Shown: in pieces, positions 1 to 9,510 of the stretch | How the letters are laid out: every line of letters starts with the position of its first letter | Numbering within the stretch: position 1 is the stretch's first letter | Source: a bacterium | GTDB taxonomy: Bacteria > UBA8248 > JACPRG01 > G963555815 | DNA: 64,000 nt | Reading direction: 5' to 3' | Assembly: GCA_965218795.1 (NCBI GenBank) | Contig: OZ244653.1 | Span: forward strand, 3,968,001 to 4,032,000 | Made by a program: the position numbers and the translations under genes | Notes under the pieces: generated by a model | What the model was told of the DNA's origin: nothing | The model's input: only the letters and a program-made list of their open reading frames with translations | The model's database searches: none

Positions 1-6
1 GCGGCG

Positions 7-531
7 GTGGTCATCGACCGCATCAAGCGGGGGGAGGACCCCGCCCCCGCGCCGCCCGAACGGGAGCTCACGGTGGCCGAACTGTCCGAACGGTTCCTGC
101 GCGTCCATGTCAAGGTGCATTGCAAGCCGAGCACGGCCGCTAAGTATCGGTTGGTGCTCGACAAACACATCTTGCCGGCGCTGGGCGGGATGTCAACTAG
201 CGAGGTCGGACGAGGGGAGATTTCCGCGCTGCATCACCGGCTTCACGACACGCCGACAATGGCCAACACGGTGGTCGATATCCTGTCGAAAATGTTCTCG
301 CTGGCCGAGGCGTGGGACCGGATACCGCCCGGACGGAACCCGTGCCGGTCGGTGCGCCGTTACAAGACGCGGTCGCGGGAGCGGTTTCTGACGCCGGAGG
401 AGTTTAGGCGCCTGGGCCGTGTATTGAGGGATGCGGAGGCGGACGGCTCGGTGTGGCCGGCGGCGATTGCGGCGCTCCGGCTGCTGATGCTGACCGGATG
501 CCGGAAGAGCGAGATCCTGACCCTGCGCTGA
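7..531 (+). pseudogene. Truncated tyrosine recombinase/phage integrase
   Basis: SAM-like N-terminal region and box I motif LRLLMLTGCRKSEILTLR, followed immediately by a stop; box II and the catalytic Tyr are missing; the 5' end may lie outside the window. Confidence 0.85.
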
Positions 532-904
532 GATTTCATGGATCGCTTTTTCCCACGCGTTGCGGCTGTTACATAACATATTGATATTATATGTAGATAT
601 CTGTTTCTCCATGCTTCCTGACTGACGGCTACCTGCAAAGTTCAACACTATTTCAACACGGAGATCGTGTCGTACCGAGTCGCGCTCCTGACGCCGTGTG
701 CCGCCGCCGATCCGCCGTTTCCGCCGATTCGAGACCATTCGCCGCGCGAATCGTAGCCGTTCGGCCTCCGGCCCGGATCGCCCCGAACCCGGAAGCCCGA
801 CCGCCGGCGGGGGCCGCAATGATGGCGTTGACCAATGCCATCGCGCTGCCGGTGCCCGTCCGTGGCCGCGAACCAATGCCGCGGGCGATCCCGTTACAGG
901 CGGT

Positions 905-1365
905 TCACCTCCATTCCGGAACAATACCGTTTTCCCGCAGGAACTCTTCCACCAGCTCCGCAACCTGCTCTTCCTAGGAGGCGTAGAAGGCATGGACCGC
1001 ACCCTCGTCGCGGACATCAGTTTTCCATCTCCCGATCGAGCCGGTATACGCCGCGTCAGCGCGGCGACGACGCGTTTCGTCGTCCGTCCAGCCCGACCTC
1101 AGGAATTGCTTGAGAATCTCGTGGTGTCCGCCGTGATCGAGGCCCGGGATCTCCAGATAGCGCTCCGGCTCCGCCGCGACGCGCTCGCGCCCCTCCGGTT
1201 CTCCCCGGCGGGTATCCCTACTTCCCAGTATGCGTCGTCGTCGCACTCGTAGAGCCAAAGCACATCGCCCGTGCGCCGGTCAAGGTAAGTCCGTTGGGGA
1301 ACCGAATCCTGGTAGTCGACGTCGCGCCCGAAAGCCATCATGAACACCGTTCGGTCGATGGTCAC
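905..1365 (-). pseudogene. UPF0158-like protein, disrupted
   Basis: YLDRRTGDVLW...ERYLEIP...EEFLRENGI pattern spread over two frames (shift near 1192) with an internal TAG at 974-976. Confidence 0.6.
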
Positions 1366-1382
1366 GAGTCCCGGCCTCCGCC

Positions 1383-1650
1383 TCAGAACGCGTAGCGCAG
1401 GGAAAGCCGGACCCGTGGCTCGTAAGCTTCGCCCGCGTTGCGGCGAGATCGAGCAACAGCGGCTCACGGCTCCCGTCGCGCGAGACCACCCGGCCCTCGC
1501 CCCTGCCGGTGCGGACGGTGCCGAGGTCCGTGTATCGCCAGGCGAGATCGAGCATCGCGCGCTCGCCCAGCGCCGTCGCGACCCCCGCCGTCAGCATCCA
1601 GGCGAGGCCGGCCCGGCTCTCGCCCGGCACGACGGTCGTCGTCTTCGGAA
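1383..1650 (-). pseudogene. C-terminal fragment of an outer-membrane beta-barrel (opacity/Ail-like) protein
   Basis: AWMLTAGVA...LDLAWRYTDLG; after a 1-bp shift it ends RLSLRYAF-stop, a typical terminal Phe beta-signal. Confidence 0.6.
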
Positions 1651-1741
1651 AGGCATGAGGCTGGATGACGAGGGTGGACCGGACATTTCAGTATCGAACG
1701 CTCTCGAACCGCACGGTCGAGAAGGACACGGTGTTCTGGGA

Positions 1742-2080
1742 GTGCGCCAGGCGAACTGGTGCAGTGCAGCCGGTGAGAGTCCGGCAGGAGGGAGAAGGCC
1801 AGCCACCACCTCCACCCCGAGTCATGGGCCGCCATCCGCGAGGGTGGGAGTCAAGCGTTGACAGGGGCGCGGGCGGGCGGGGCGATTGAGCACCGAAAGT
1901 AACCTGTCCGGGATGCCGAGGCCTTTCCCAGAGCCGAAGGCAGCATCCGACCCACCGATAGGGCGAGGGGGGCCGGAGTTCCGCGGTGTCAAAGAACCCA
2001 GGCACGCACGTACGCACTGCACCGGGACCTGGGAGGTCTCCATGCTATCCCGCTGTCGTGGCGGGGTCGCAAAGGAAAGG
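1742..2080 (+). mobile_element. Outer group II intron, 5' part (domain I) only
   Basis: Starts GTGCG; GCCGGTGAGAGTCCGGC hairpin; domain I-like motifs GCCGAAGGCAGCATC and GGGACCTGGGAGGTCTC; candidate EBS1 TCCCAGA (1926-1932) is complementary to upstream exon TCTGGGA (1735-1741). Confidence 0.8.
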
Positions 2081-2911
2081 GTGCAGCGAGACTAGCTGCT
2101 GTGCTTGCGGGTGAGAGTCCCGCCGGCGCAATTCTCAGTTTGGCGCCGTAGTTATATCCGGCAGGCACTTGGGGCGACCCGAATGACCTGAAAGCCCGGA
2201 AGTAACAGCCTCGGGAGGCCGGGGAACCTTAGGGAACTCCAGGTCTGGTCAGCCCGGTGAGGCGAGCAAGCAGGAGGGCCGTAGCGAGAGCGAACGGACT
2301 AGACGCCGAAAATTGCGATCCGCATGAAGCTGATTCGAGCGGGGTTATCGGAGCTGCCAAGGGTTTCTCCTTTCTACTCGATGGCCAGTGCCGATACGGA
2401 AGAACTGAGGCGCACGTATCGGAGCTCCCGGCGTAAGCTGAAGGCGGCAATCCTGGAAAGTACAGCAGTGAAAGTCCGGAAGGTGTGGAGGTTGGACAGG
2501 ATGACCCTGTGAATGTCGAAGACCGTCTCTATAACCGGGCGACCTGGGAAATGAGACGGAGATCTCCACACTGGCGGATGAGGTCGCCAAGCGTTGAAGG
2601 GTGGGACAACACAACCCACCCGGAGCGAGGACCTCTAGGCACAGGTGGCGAAGCTGTGGCAGGCAACCCGCACACAGCGGCGGACGAATCGCTCTGCACA
2701 TGGTGACGCCTGAGGACGGAGTAAACGTTGGATTCGCTGAGGGGTATGGCGGGGTCGGTCTTAACCCCGGCAGTCTCGCGGAAGGCTCCGCTCCAAACTG
2801 GGAGGTGCCTGGTGCTTGAAGCCGTACCGAGGGGAAACCCGATGTACGGAATTTCAGGGGGGGCGGCTGGAAACGTGGCCTACGGGTGCGCGCACCAGTG
2901 CCCTACCCGAC
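2081..2911 (+). mobile_element. Inner ORF-less group II intron (831 nt)
   Basis: Starts GTGCAG with GCGGGTGAGAGTCCCGC hairpin; domain V GAAGCCGTACCGAGGGGAAACCCGATGTACGGAATTTC from 2818; domain VI ends CCCTACCCGAC at 2911; no RT ORF. Confidence 0.85.
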
Positions 2912-4114
2912 AGCAACGTCATCTCCACGACGGGCGCGAGCGGCCACGGCATCGCGGCCTACAACTACGGGACGCTGGCCGGCAGCGCCACCTCCATCAG
3001 AGTCGGGGGAAGCATCAACGGAGCGGGCTCGGGCGCGCAAGGAATCCGTGTGGGCGTCGTCAGCAACGCCGGCGTAGCACAGCGCGTCGCGCCAATCGGC
3101 GAGGACGGCTACCGCCGGCAGACGGTGACGGTCAACGGCTCGGTTACGGGCAACGCGGCGGGCGTTTTTCTGGCGGGTGGCGGTAGGGTCGTCATCGGAC
3201 CTAGGGGAAGCATCGGCGCAGCGTCGGGGATCGCCATTCTCGCTTCTGGCGACACGCCGGGGGCCAACGCAGGAGACCCGGCGATCAAGCCCAAACTCCG
3301 CGTCGACATGAACCTCGACGGCCGCCGGGTGAGGAATGTCATCGGTGACGACTGGATCATCAATGACGGAGGCGAGACCACCATCGCGGTCAACAGGATG
3401 GTGCTGCATGACGGCGAGATGGGCGTCACCGACGCGGTAGACCGCAACGGGGCGTACAACGTCTCGATCAGAGAGGACGGGCTCACAGTGACGGATCGCA
3501 CGACGGACCCGTGGACCTTTTCCGCGGGTTCGACGAGTACGGTCTCCGACCGGGACTTCTCGGCGGCGCACTTCACCGAGACTGCCGCTCCAACCTGTTC
3601 GGAAGGACAGGTTGGCACGCCGCGCAACTGCTCTAATCCGCCGTCCGTGGAGCCGGAAACGCCCATGATCATGGAGAAATACGCGCCACGCTCGGCGGTC
3701 TACGAGGCGCTGCCGGGCTTTATGCTCGGGCTCGACGCGCCGGGACTCGATGAGGAGCGCGTGACGTCGCCCGGTTCGCCCGTATGGGCGCGCATATCGG
3801 GCGGGCGCGGTTCGTACGAACCCGTTCGCGCGAGCGTGGGCGCGGAATACGACGCGAGCCGCTTCGCGGCGGAGGCGGGGCTGGACTTCTCGTTCGGCGA
3901 GAACGTCGTCGGCTCGGCCTCCGTTCGCAGCGTGCGGGGCTCGGCGGACGTGAAATCCTCCGTCGGAGGGGGGAAGATCGATGTATACGGCCTCGGCTTC
4001 TCGCTCGGATTTTCCGTGGACGGGTATGGCTTCTACGCGAAGGGGGACGTCTCGCTCACGCGCTACGACGTGAATCTTTTCTCCTCCGCACTTGGCCTTC
4101 TCCGCAAGGACTGA
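2912..4114 (+). pseudogene. Autotransporter fragment (Gly-rich passenger plus start of the beta-domain)
   Basis: TTGASGHGIAAY-type passenger repeats, YAPRSAVYEALP linker, WARISGGRG beta-domain start; bounded by the intron and cut by IS3 at 4112. Confidence 0.8.
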
Positions 4115-4173
4115 GGTGGTCCCACTTTTTTGGACAGGATGGCGGCTGCGTTAAGGTGTAATCCATTCGTTGA

Positions 4174-5145
4174 TCATGCCGCCAGAGTCCTGTTTGACCC
4201 GTCTTCCTGTTTCGGTTGAGCCGGCAGAGGGGCAGGCAAGCGTTGGGGCTTGGCCTGCATCTGCGGCGGCATCCCTCTTTCGTAGGCCTCGGCCGGGGTG
4301 GAGTCCGCCAGGGCGGAGTGAGGCCTTTGGGTATCATAAAAGGCCATCCATCGGGAGATAACCCGTTGGGCTTGGAAGCCGTCGGTGAGCTCGTGCAGGT
4401 AGACGGCCTCGTACTTGAGCGAACGCCAGAGGCGCTCGATGAAGATGTTGTCCATGCACCGGCCCCTGCCGTCCATGGAGATGGCGACGCCGGCGTCTTG
4501 GAGGACATCGGTAAACTCCAGGCTGGTGAACTGGCTGCCTTGGTCGGTATTGAAGATCCGAGGCCGGCCGTAGCGCTCCAGGGCTTCAGTCAGGGCTTCG
4601 ACGCAGAAGCGGGCATCCAGGGTGTTGGACAGCCGCCAGGCGAGCACTCGGCGGGTGGCCCAGTCCATGACGGCTACCAGGTACAAGAAGCCGCGCTGGA
4701 CGGGGATGTAGGTGATATCAGCGGTCCAGACCTGATTGGGCCGGTCGATGGCGAGTCCCTTGAGAAGATAGGGATAAACCCGGTGTTCGGGATGTGGTCT
4801 GGTGGTTCTCGGCGCTTGGTAGATGGCCTGTAGGCCCATCAGCCGCATCAGCCGGCGTACCCGGTGACGACCGACACGGACTCCATCCCGCCGCAGATGA
4901 CGGACCATCTGGCGGCTGCCGTAGAACGGGTACTTCAGAAACAATTCATCGATCCGCCGCATCAACGCCAGGTTCTGCGCACTCTCGCCCTGCGGCGTGT
5001 GATACAGCGAGGATCGGCTGATGGAGAGCAAGCGGCATTGACGGCTCAAGCTGAGCTTGGGATGGTCGCGACGGATCATGGCCCTGCGTCCCTCCCGGCT
5101 CACCACTTGAGCCCTTTTGGACAAAAAATCCCGCTCCACTGTCAA
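4174..5145 (-). CDS. IS3 transposase OrfB (DDE)
   Basis: WTADITYI, FNTDQGSQF, DNIFIERLWRSLKYE motifs. Confidence 0.95.
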   Translation of the reverse strand: MTVERDFLSKRAQVVSREGRRAMIRRDHPKLSLSRQCRLLSISRSSLYHTPQGESAQNLALMRRIDELFLKYPFYGSRQMVRHLRRDGVRVGRHRVRRLMRLMGLQAIYQAPRTTRPHPEHRVYPYLLKGLAIDRPNQVWTADITYIPVQRGFLYLVAVMDWATRRVLAWRLSNTLDARFCVEALTEALERYGRPRIFNTDQGSQFTSLEFTDVLQDAGVAISMDGRGRCMDNIFIERLWRSLKYEAVYLHELTDGFQAQRVISRWMAFYDTQRPHSALADSTPAEAYERGMPPQMQAKPQRLPAPLPAQPKQEDGSNRTLAA

Positions 5146-5377
5146 CTCCCCGATCTTCGCGTGCAGGTCCCGGATATCCGCCTCGTGGTCCCCTCGACTC
5201 CGCTCCCTTGGAGAATACCTCGCTCAGCCCCTCCACCGCCCGCTGCTTCCAGGCGCTCACTTGGTTCGGATGAACCTTGTGCCGCGTCGCGATCTCATGG
5301 ACCGTCTTGTCCCCGCGCAGTGCTTCCAGCGCTACCTTCGCCTTGAACTCTCCCGTGAACCGCCGTCGTGTGGTCAT
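5100..5377 (-). pseudogene. IS3 OrfA with an extra frameshift near 5190
   Basis: RRRFTGEFKAKVALEAL HTH; the leucine zipper DHEADIRDLHAKIGELTVERDFL is in another frame. Confidence 0.8.
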
Positions 5378-5444
5378 TGCGTATCCCTCCCTCAGTCGGT
5401 GGAATACACCTTAGCAAACTGTCTTATTTGCTGGGACCACCTCA

Positions 5445-5630
5445 ATCATCAAGACTTGGGAGGAGCACCTCGCTTCTTATCGGGAGCGCGAGGTGGTGTC
5501 CTACCACCGTGTCTGGTCCTATTTCTTCGATTGGGTCGGCCTTCAATACGCGGGAGTGATTGAGGACAAGCCCGGCATTCCAGCCTCCCCGATTCACGTC
5601 ACCCGGCTGGTCAAAACCATGCGGGCCCGA
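5445..5630 (+). pseudogene. Internal fragment of a ZnuA/TroA-like metal ABC substrate-binding protein
   Basis: IKTWEEHLASYREREVVSYHRVWSYFFDWVG...IEDKPGIPASPIHV. Confidence 0.7.
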
Positions 5631-6055
5631 CCGGGTCTTGAGAGGCGGAACCACGGGCGCGTACCCCAGCGCCAAGGCCAGTTGGCGTGTCTCGCTGCCC
5701 TCGTATGCGCGATCCATGACCAGGGACGGGTTGCCGTGCCGCCGACCCAGGCCGTTCAGCAGCTTGCGCCTGTCCGGGCGACAGCGAGAACGTCAGGGCC
5801 GGTCGAGCACCCCGTTCCTGGACCAGCGGTTCATCCGGGTGTAGATGGTGTGCCAGTTGCCGACCCGGGTCGGCAGCCCCCGCCACTTGCAGCCATGCTC
5901 GGCGACGTACAGGATGGCGTTGAGCACTTGCAGGTTCGACAGGCTGACGTTGCCGCGTTGCACCGGCAGGGAGGGCGCAATGCGTTCGTACTGAGCTTGG
6001 GTGATCTCCATCCGCAAAGGATAACATAACCCCACCCATTAGTGCTAACAGGCCC
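5630..6055 (-). mobile_element. Internally deleted IS5-family element
   Basis: End GGGCCTGTTAGCACT; OrfA MEITQAQYERI...NAILYVAEHGCKWRGLP; OrfB piece MDRAYEG...PVVPP; other end missing. Confidence 0.85.
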
Positions 6056-6098
6056 TAGGCCCTGAACCTGGCGCGTCAACCAGTTCCGCCACTTCGGC
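6055..6098 (-). pseudogene. 5' half of tRNA-Leu(CAG), truncated by IS5
   Basis: GCCGAAGTGGCGGAACTGGTTGACGCGCCAGGTTCAGGGCCTAG gives acceptor 5' strand, D arm and CAG anticodon arm; variable arm, T arm and 3' end are absent. Confidence 0.85.
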
Positions 6099-6124
6099 AC
6101 CTGAATATCCCGGCGGGCATTTGG

Positions 6125-6153
6125 AATATAGCACCGGCGACCAAACCCGACAA
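6125..6153 (-). promoter_or_regulatory. sigma70-like promoter of the tRNA-Leu remnant
   Basis: TTGTCG-17 bp-TATATT with extended TG. Confidence 0.55.
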
Positions 6154-6386
6154 GACTGAGAAATCAGGAAAAAACGGGCGGGCGGCCATTGGCTGAAACT
6201 CCCCCGCGTTCCTCGGGACAGGCCCCGCCCGGCCCCTGCATTTCAGGATACACGCCGCCGGAGGAACAATATCCCCAACGCGGCGAAATCGCTGCGGCGC
6301 GTTTGAGTCGGTGGCTCTTGAGTCGATGACCCTGCCGCCGCCATGATATGCGACGCCAATAGGGTCCCCAGGTCAATGACCTGCCG

Positions 6387-6745
6387 CTAGCGGCGCTTGT
6401 CGAGGACGATATCGACCGACGTGTCGCCCACCTGAACGGGCTGTTTCGCCCGCCCTTCCAGATCCCCGGGCTGACTGCCCACCCGACCGTCCCCGTCCAG
6501 GCGGACCGTGACGTTCACGCTCCCCTGAAACGGCATCCCGCGGATCATCACGTTCGCCTCGCTCACCTCATACTTCAGCGGAAAGCCCGAATTTCTCAAC
6601 CGCCTGACGGCCAGCGGCGGACCCGCGTTGACCCCGGCGGGCCGAACAATCACGAAGATCACGCCCCCGCCCGGCGCCCGGCCGAGCGATGGGGAGACCG
6701 TGATCGTCCCCGAGATCGACTCCCCGGCGGAGGCCTGACCGGCGG
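6387..6745 (-). pseudogene. CcmI/CycH-like C-terminal domain fragment
   Basis: ISGTITVSPSL...VIFVIVR...GPPLAVRRL...FPLKY...PGDLEG; N-terminus missing. Confidence 0.65.
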
Positions 6746-6747
6746 CG

Positions 6748-6875
6748 CGGGCGTCGATCTGATCATAGAGGTCGATTTCGGCGGGAACCTCGGCACCTCG
6801 CTGGAAATTCTCAAGAACAACGGGTCCATCGCCACGTACGCCTCGATGGGGAACGTGATCCTTGAAATTCCGTGA
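6748..6875 (+). pseudogene. NADPH:quinone reductase (zeta-crystallin-like) internal fragment
   Basis: GVDLIIEVDFGGNLGTSLEILKNNGSIATYASMG. Confidence 0.55.
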
Positions 6876-6907
6876 ATTGGAGGTTTCGCTTGAACCCGTT
6901 GGTTTCG

Positions 6908-6936
6908 TTGACAGGCGGGGGTGGTCGGAATATGCT
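6908..6936 (+). promoter_or_regulatory. sigma70 promoter of tRNA-Arg
   Basis: TTGACA-17 bp-TATGCT. Confidence 0.75.
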
Positions 6937-6956
6937 TCCCATAAAATCCGAATGCA

Positions 6957-7033
6957 GCGCGATTAGCTCAGCTGGATAGAGCGTCGGCCTCCGGAGCCGA
7001 AGGTCGCAGGTTCGAGTCCTGCATCGCGCGCCA
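6957..7033 (+). tRNA. tRNA-Arg(CCG)
   Basis: Full cloverleaf: GCGCGAT/ATCGCGC acceptor, TCGGC-CTCCGGA-GCCGA anticodon arm, GTTCGAG T loop, encoded CCA. Confidence 0.97.
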
Positions 7034-7044
7034 TTCATGCCAAT

Positions 7045-7081
7045 CAACGACAGGGGCGGCCATCGGCCGCCCCTGTCGTTG
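7045..7081. terminator. Long GC-rich hairpin, probable bidirectional terminator
   Basis: CAACGACAGGGGCGGCC-ATC-GGCCGCCCCTGTCGTTG between convergent genes. Confidence 0.7.
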
Positions 7082-7136
7082 TTCTGAATTCATGAAAAAA
7101 CTTCAGCGGCTGAATCAATGGCCGCCGGCGCCTCCC

Positions 7137-7934
7137 TCAGGATTTTTCGATCTGAAGCATGACGTTCCGATCCGCCCAGCGGATATCTTCCGGGTCGGAG
7201 AAATTTCGATTGATGTTTTCCCTGAAAACCTCGATGGCCTCCTCCAGCTCGTCACGCCGATACAGTGAAAAAGTCGAATAGTGCCTGCTGCGCACTTGAG
7301 CCAACAGCCGGTCCAGGCTGAAGCACCGGGGATAATTGAACATCCGGGTTGCCGCGAGGTGGAGCGTGTCGGACTCATGGATTGCCTTCTGCATCTCCGA
7401 CAACTCGAAAAGGCGGGTTTCTTTCTCGGTGAACTTGGGAAAATATTTCCCCCAAACGGACTCGCCGTTTTGGCCGGGCGTCCGCGTATAGATGAAAATC
7501 CTCCCGGCCTCCCGTAGCGCGCGGCTGATGATCCGCAGAAAGGCGGGGAAATCAAAATGGTGCACCGCATTGAATGTAAAGACGGCATCGAGTGATTCTC
7601 TTTCCAGATCGAGCGTTTCAATCCGCCCGAGGAGGGTCCGGAATCTGGAGACGCCACTGCGGCCCAAGTTGATTTCCAGCTGATTGAGCATCTCCCGGTT
7701 GACGTCATTACAAGTCATTTCCATTTTCTGGAGGGCTTGAAAAAGGAGATGCGTATAACGGCCGGTTCCGCAGCCGACCTCCAGGGCCTGCACGTCGTCA
7801 CGATCAGCGAGGGCCCGCCGGATGAATTCAACCGGCTCATTGTCCGTCGTCCGGACGTCGCGGTACACCTTGGCGATGCGCGCAAAGTGTGGGTACATCT
7901 CTTGTTGATTCTTGATGACCGTATCGATACTCAT
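7137..7934 (-). CDS. Class I SAM-dependent methyltransferase
   Basis: Motif I LEVGCGTG, DAVFTFNAVHHF, ALREAGRIFI. Confidence 0.9.
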   Translation of the reverse strand: MSIDTVIKNQQEMYPHFARIAKVYRDVRTTDNEPVEFIRRALADRDDVQALEVGCGTGRYTHLLFQALQKMEMTCNDVNREMLNQLEINLGRSGVSRFRTLLGRIETLDLERESLDAVFTFNAVHHFDFPAFLRIISRALREAGRIFIYTRTPGQNGESVWGKYFPKFTEKETRLFELSEMQKAIHESDTLHLAATRMFNYPRCFSLDRLLAQVRSRHYSTFSLYRRDELEEAIEVFRENINRNFSDPEDIRWADRNVMLQIEKS

Positions 7935-8110
7935 CGTCCCTTCCAAATCCAGTGTCGGCCTGGGGTGAAAATGAAAAATACAGGCCGAAAAAGAGGCCGC
8001 CGCGGGTCCGAATCGAACTGCAAGCGACGCCCCGCAGGTTCAGAATCACAAGACGGCGAACAGAAGCATATCGCGTCAGTGTCTCGTAAGTCTGGGATGA
8101 AAGAAACGGC

Positions 8111-8139
8111 ATTTTATCAGAAGGCGAGCGGTTGGACAA
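8111..8139 (-). promoter_or_regulatory. sigma70 promoter giving a ~170-nt leader before the methyltransferase
   Basis: TTGTCC-17 bp-TAAAAT with extended TG. Confidence 0.55.
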
Positions 8140-8723
8140 GCGATTTCCCCATCAGCCGAGTACTCCCCGGTTTTGGGGCAAGCGCTCCAGGGGAGCCTTT
8201 TCGAGGTGACGCGCCTCACCGTTTTCATCGTGCTTGGGACGATGCCCCTCCGCGGTGGCAACGTGCCACCCCGATTTCGCCGCCCTTCGGGCGGCATGTA
8301 AAGGCCGCTCTTCAGCCTGTGGCGGTCAGCCCGCCAAGTCTTTTGTCGATTCTGCGAAATCCGCGTAATCTTTGGATTTTTTGTTTCCTCGACGAGTTTC
8401 GGGCGTCTTTGGATTCTCTTTACCCATCGGTAGAACCGATAACCGAAACCCAAACATTCGGCTTTCCCGGCCTGAACCCAAACGCAATTTCCTTGATTTC
8501 CAAGAACTATTTGGGTTTGTTTGGTCCTTTTTTAATGTTTACGGAGGACTTCCCGGGGGGAAATCTATCGATTATTCCGATATGCTTCTGAAGACAAAGA
8601 CACCACCACTTTGCCCCGACTTGGATCCCTTCAAAATCGTCCTCTTAACCTTCTTTTCGAGCTATTTTATATTGCAAGGAGGTCTGGACGAACGACAACC
8701 GGGGCTGCAAGTGGTGGGAAGCG

Positions 8724-8806
8724 CGATGCGGAGAGCCAGCTTGCCGAGCATCGACTGAGCGTTCTGGAGTTGGCGCGCGAACTGGGCAACGTATCGGAGG
8801 CCTGCC
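8724..8806 (+). mobile_element. IS481-family transposase N-terminal relic
   Basis: HRLSVLELARELGNVSEAC, then runs into a palindromic repeat. Confidence 0.7.
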
Positions 8807-8980
8807 CCTGCATGTATCCGGCAGGGGCCTGTCCTCGGCTTCCTGTTGCAACCTGCCGGCTTACCCCCTCCCTGGATTCCTGCCGCAGCCTGTCCTCGAA
8901 TGTCTTGGTCGGGGGCAGGAATGACAGAACAGGACCATGCAGACCCCCCCGTCTTGTCATTCCGCGTAGGCGGGAATCCA
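8804..8980. repeat. REP-like palindromic repeat cluster (GTCATTCC...GGAATCCA family)
   Basis: Units at 8804-8828, 8872-8925 and 8956-8980; 8872-8925 is a near-identical reverse complement of 54616-54668. Confidence 0.75.
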
Positions 8981-9447
8981 CACCGAACGACCCCATCCGA
9001 GATATCGAAACCAGGGCCGAAGGCCCATCGAAACCATCAACCTGCTCGTTAGCCAAGATGGTTAAGATGACACTTCAATAGCAACTTATAACAGAAAAAT
9101 CGAAATTCAAGCGAAATTGGACTTCCCGCGTCTGCATACACGGAAGGCATCCTTTCATAATCCGTTCTCCTGAAAGGGATGAAAGGGGTTCCCCGGATCA
9201 TGAGGAGGGATTGGATAACCAGGCTTTCGTGAGCTCTGCCAGAGGGAGGCCGTGTCAATCATTCAGTATGGTGTCCCCGTAATTATGCATAGGCTGTGGG
9301 GCTGGAAACCGAGACCCCCTTGAGCTTGAGTTGCCGGCTCAACCTCACGCAACCCTCACATGGGATGCTCCTTCGAGAGCGCCAGGGTCTGCTCCACCAC
9401 CTCGGGGGGGGGATGGGATGGGATTTGTGAATCGGGACAGGTCTTTC

Positions 9448-9510
9448 CTGGATTCCTGCTTGCGCAGGAATGACAGGCTGCTATGCGTGGGCCTCGTTTG
9501 TCATTCCCGC
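9448..9510. repeat. REP-like palindromic repeats
   Basis: CTGGATTCCTGCTTGCGCAGGAATGAC and GTCATTCCCGCG. Confidence 0.7.

Larger units (their letters stand above)
4112..5444 (-). mobile_element. IS3-family insertion sequence
   Basis: Terminal inverted repeats TGAGGTGGTCCCA (4112) and TGGGACCACCTCA (5444); orfA/orfB organisation; no target duplication visible. Confidence 0.95.

Noticed and set aside
529-531. Integrase TGA as a recoded codon
   Set aside because: Integrase similarity does not continue afterwards and an AT-rich non-coding stretch follows
974-976. In-frame TAG in the UPF0158-like gene as pyrrolysine or readthrough
   Set aside because: The same gene also has a frameshift and lies in a decayed region; a nonsense mutation is simpler
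7990-8075. 6S RNA-like words (TGAACC, CGCGGCGGC) on the minus strand
   Set aside because: No long rod with a central bubble could be built by eye; treated as an mRNA leader instead
8804-9510. CRISPR array
   Set aside because: Repeats are irregular, in both orientations, without constant spacers; no cas genes in the window
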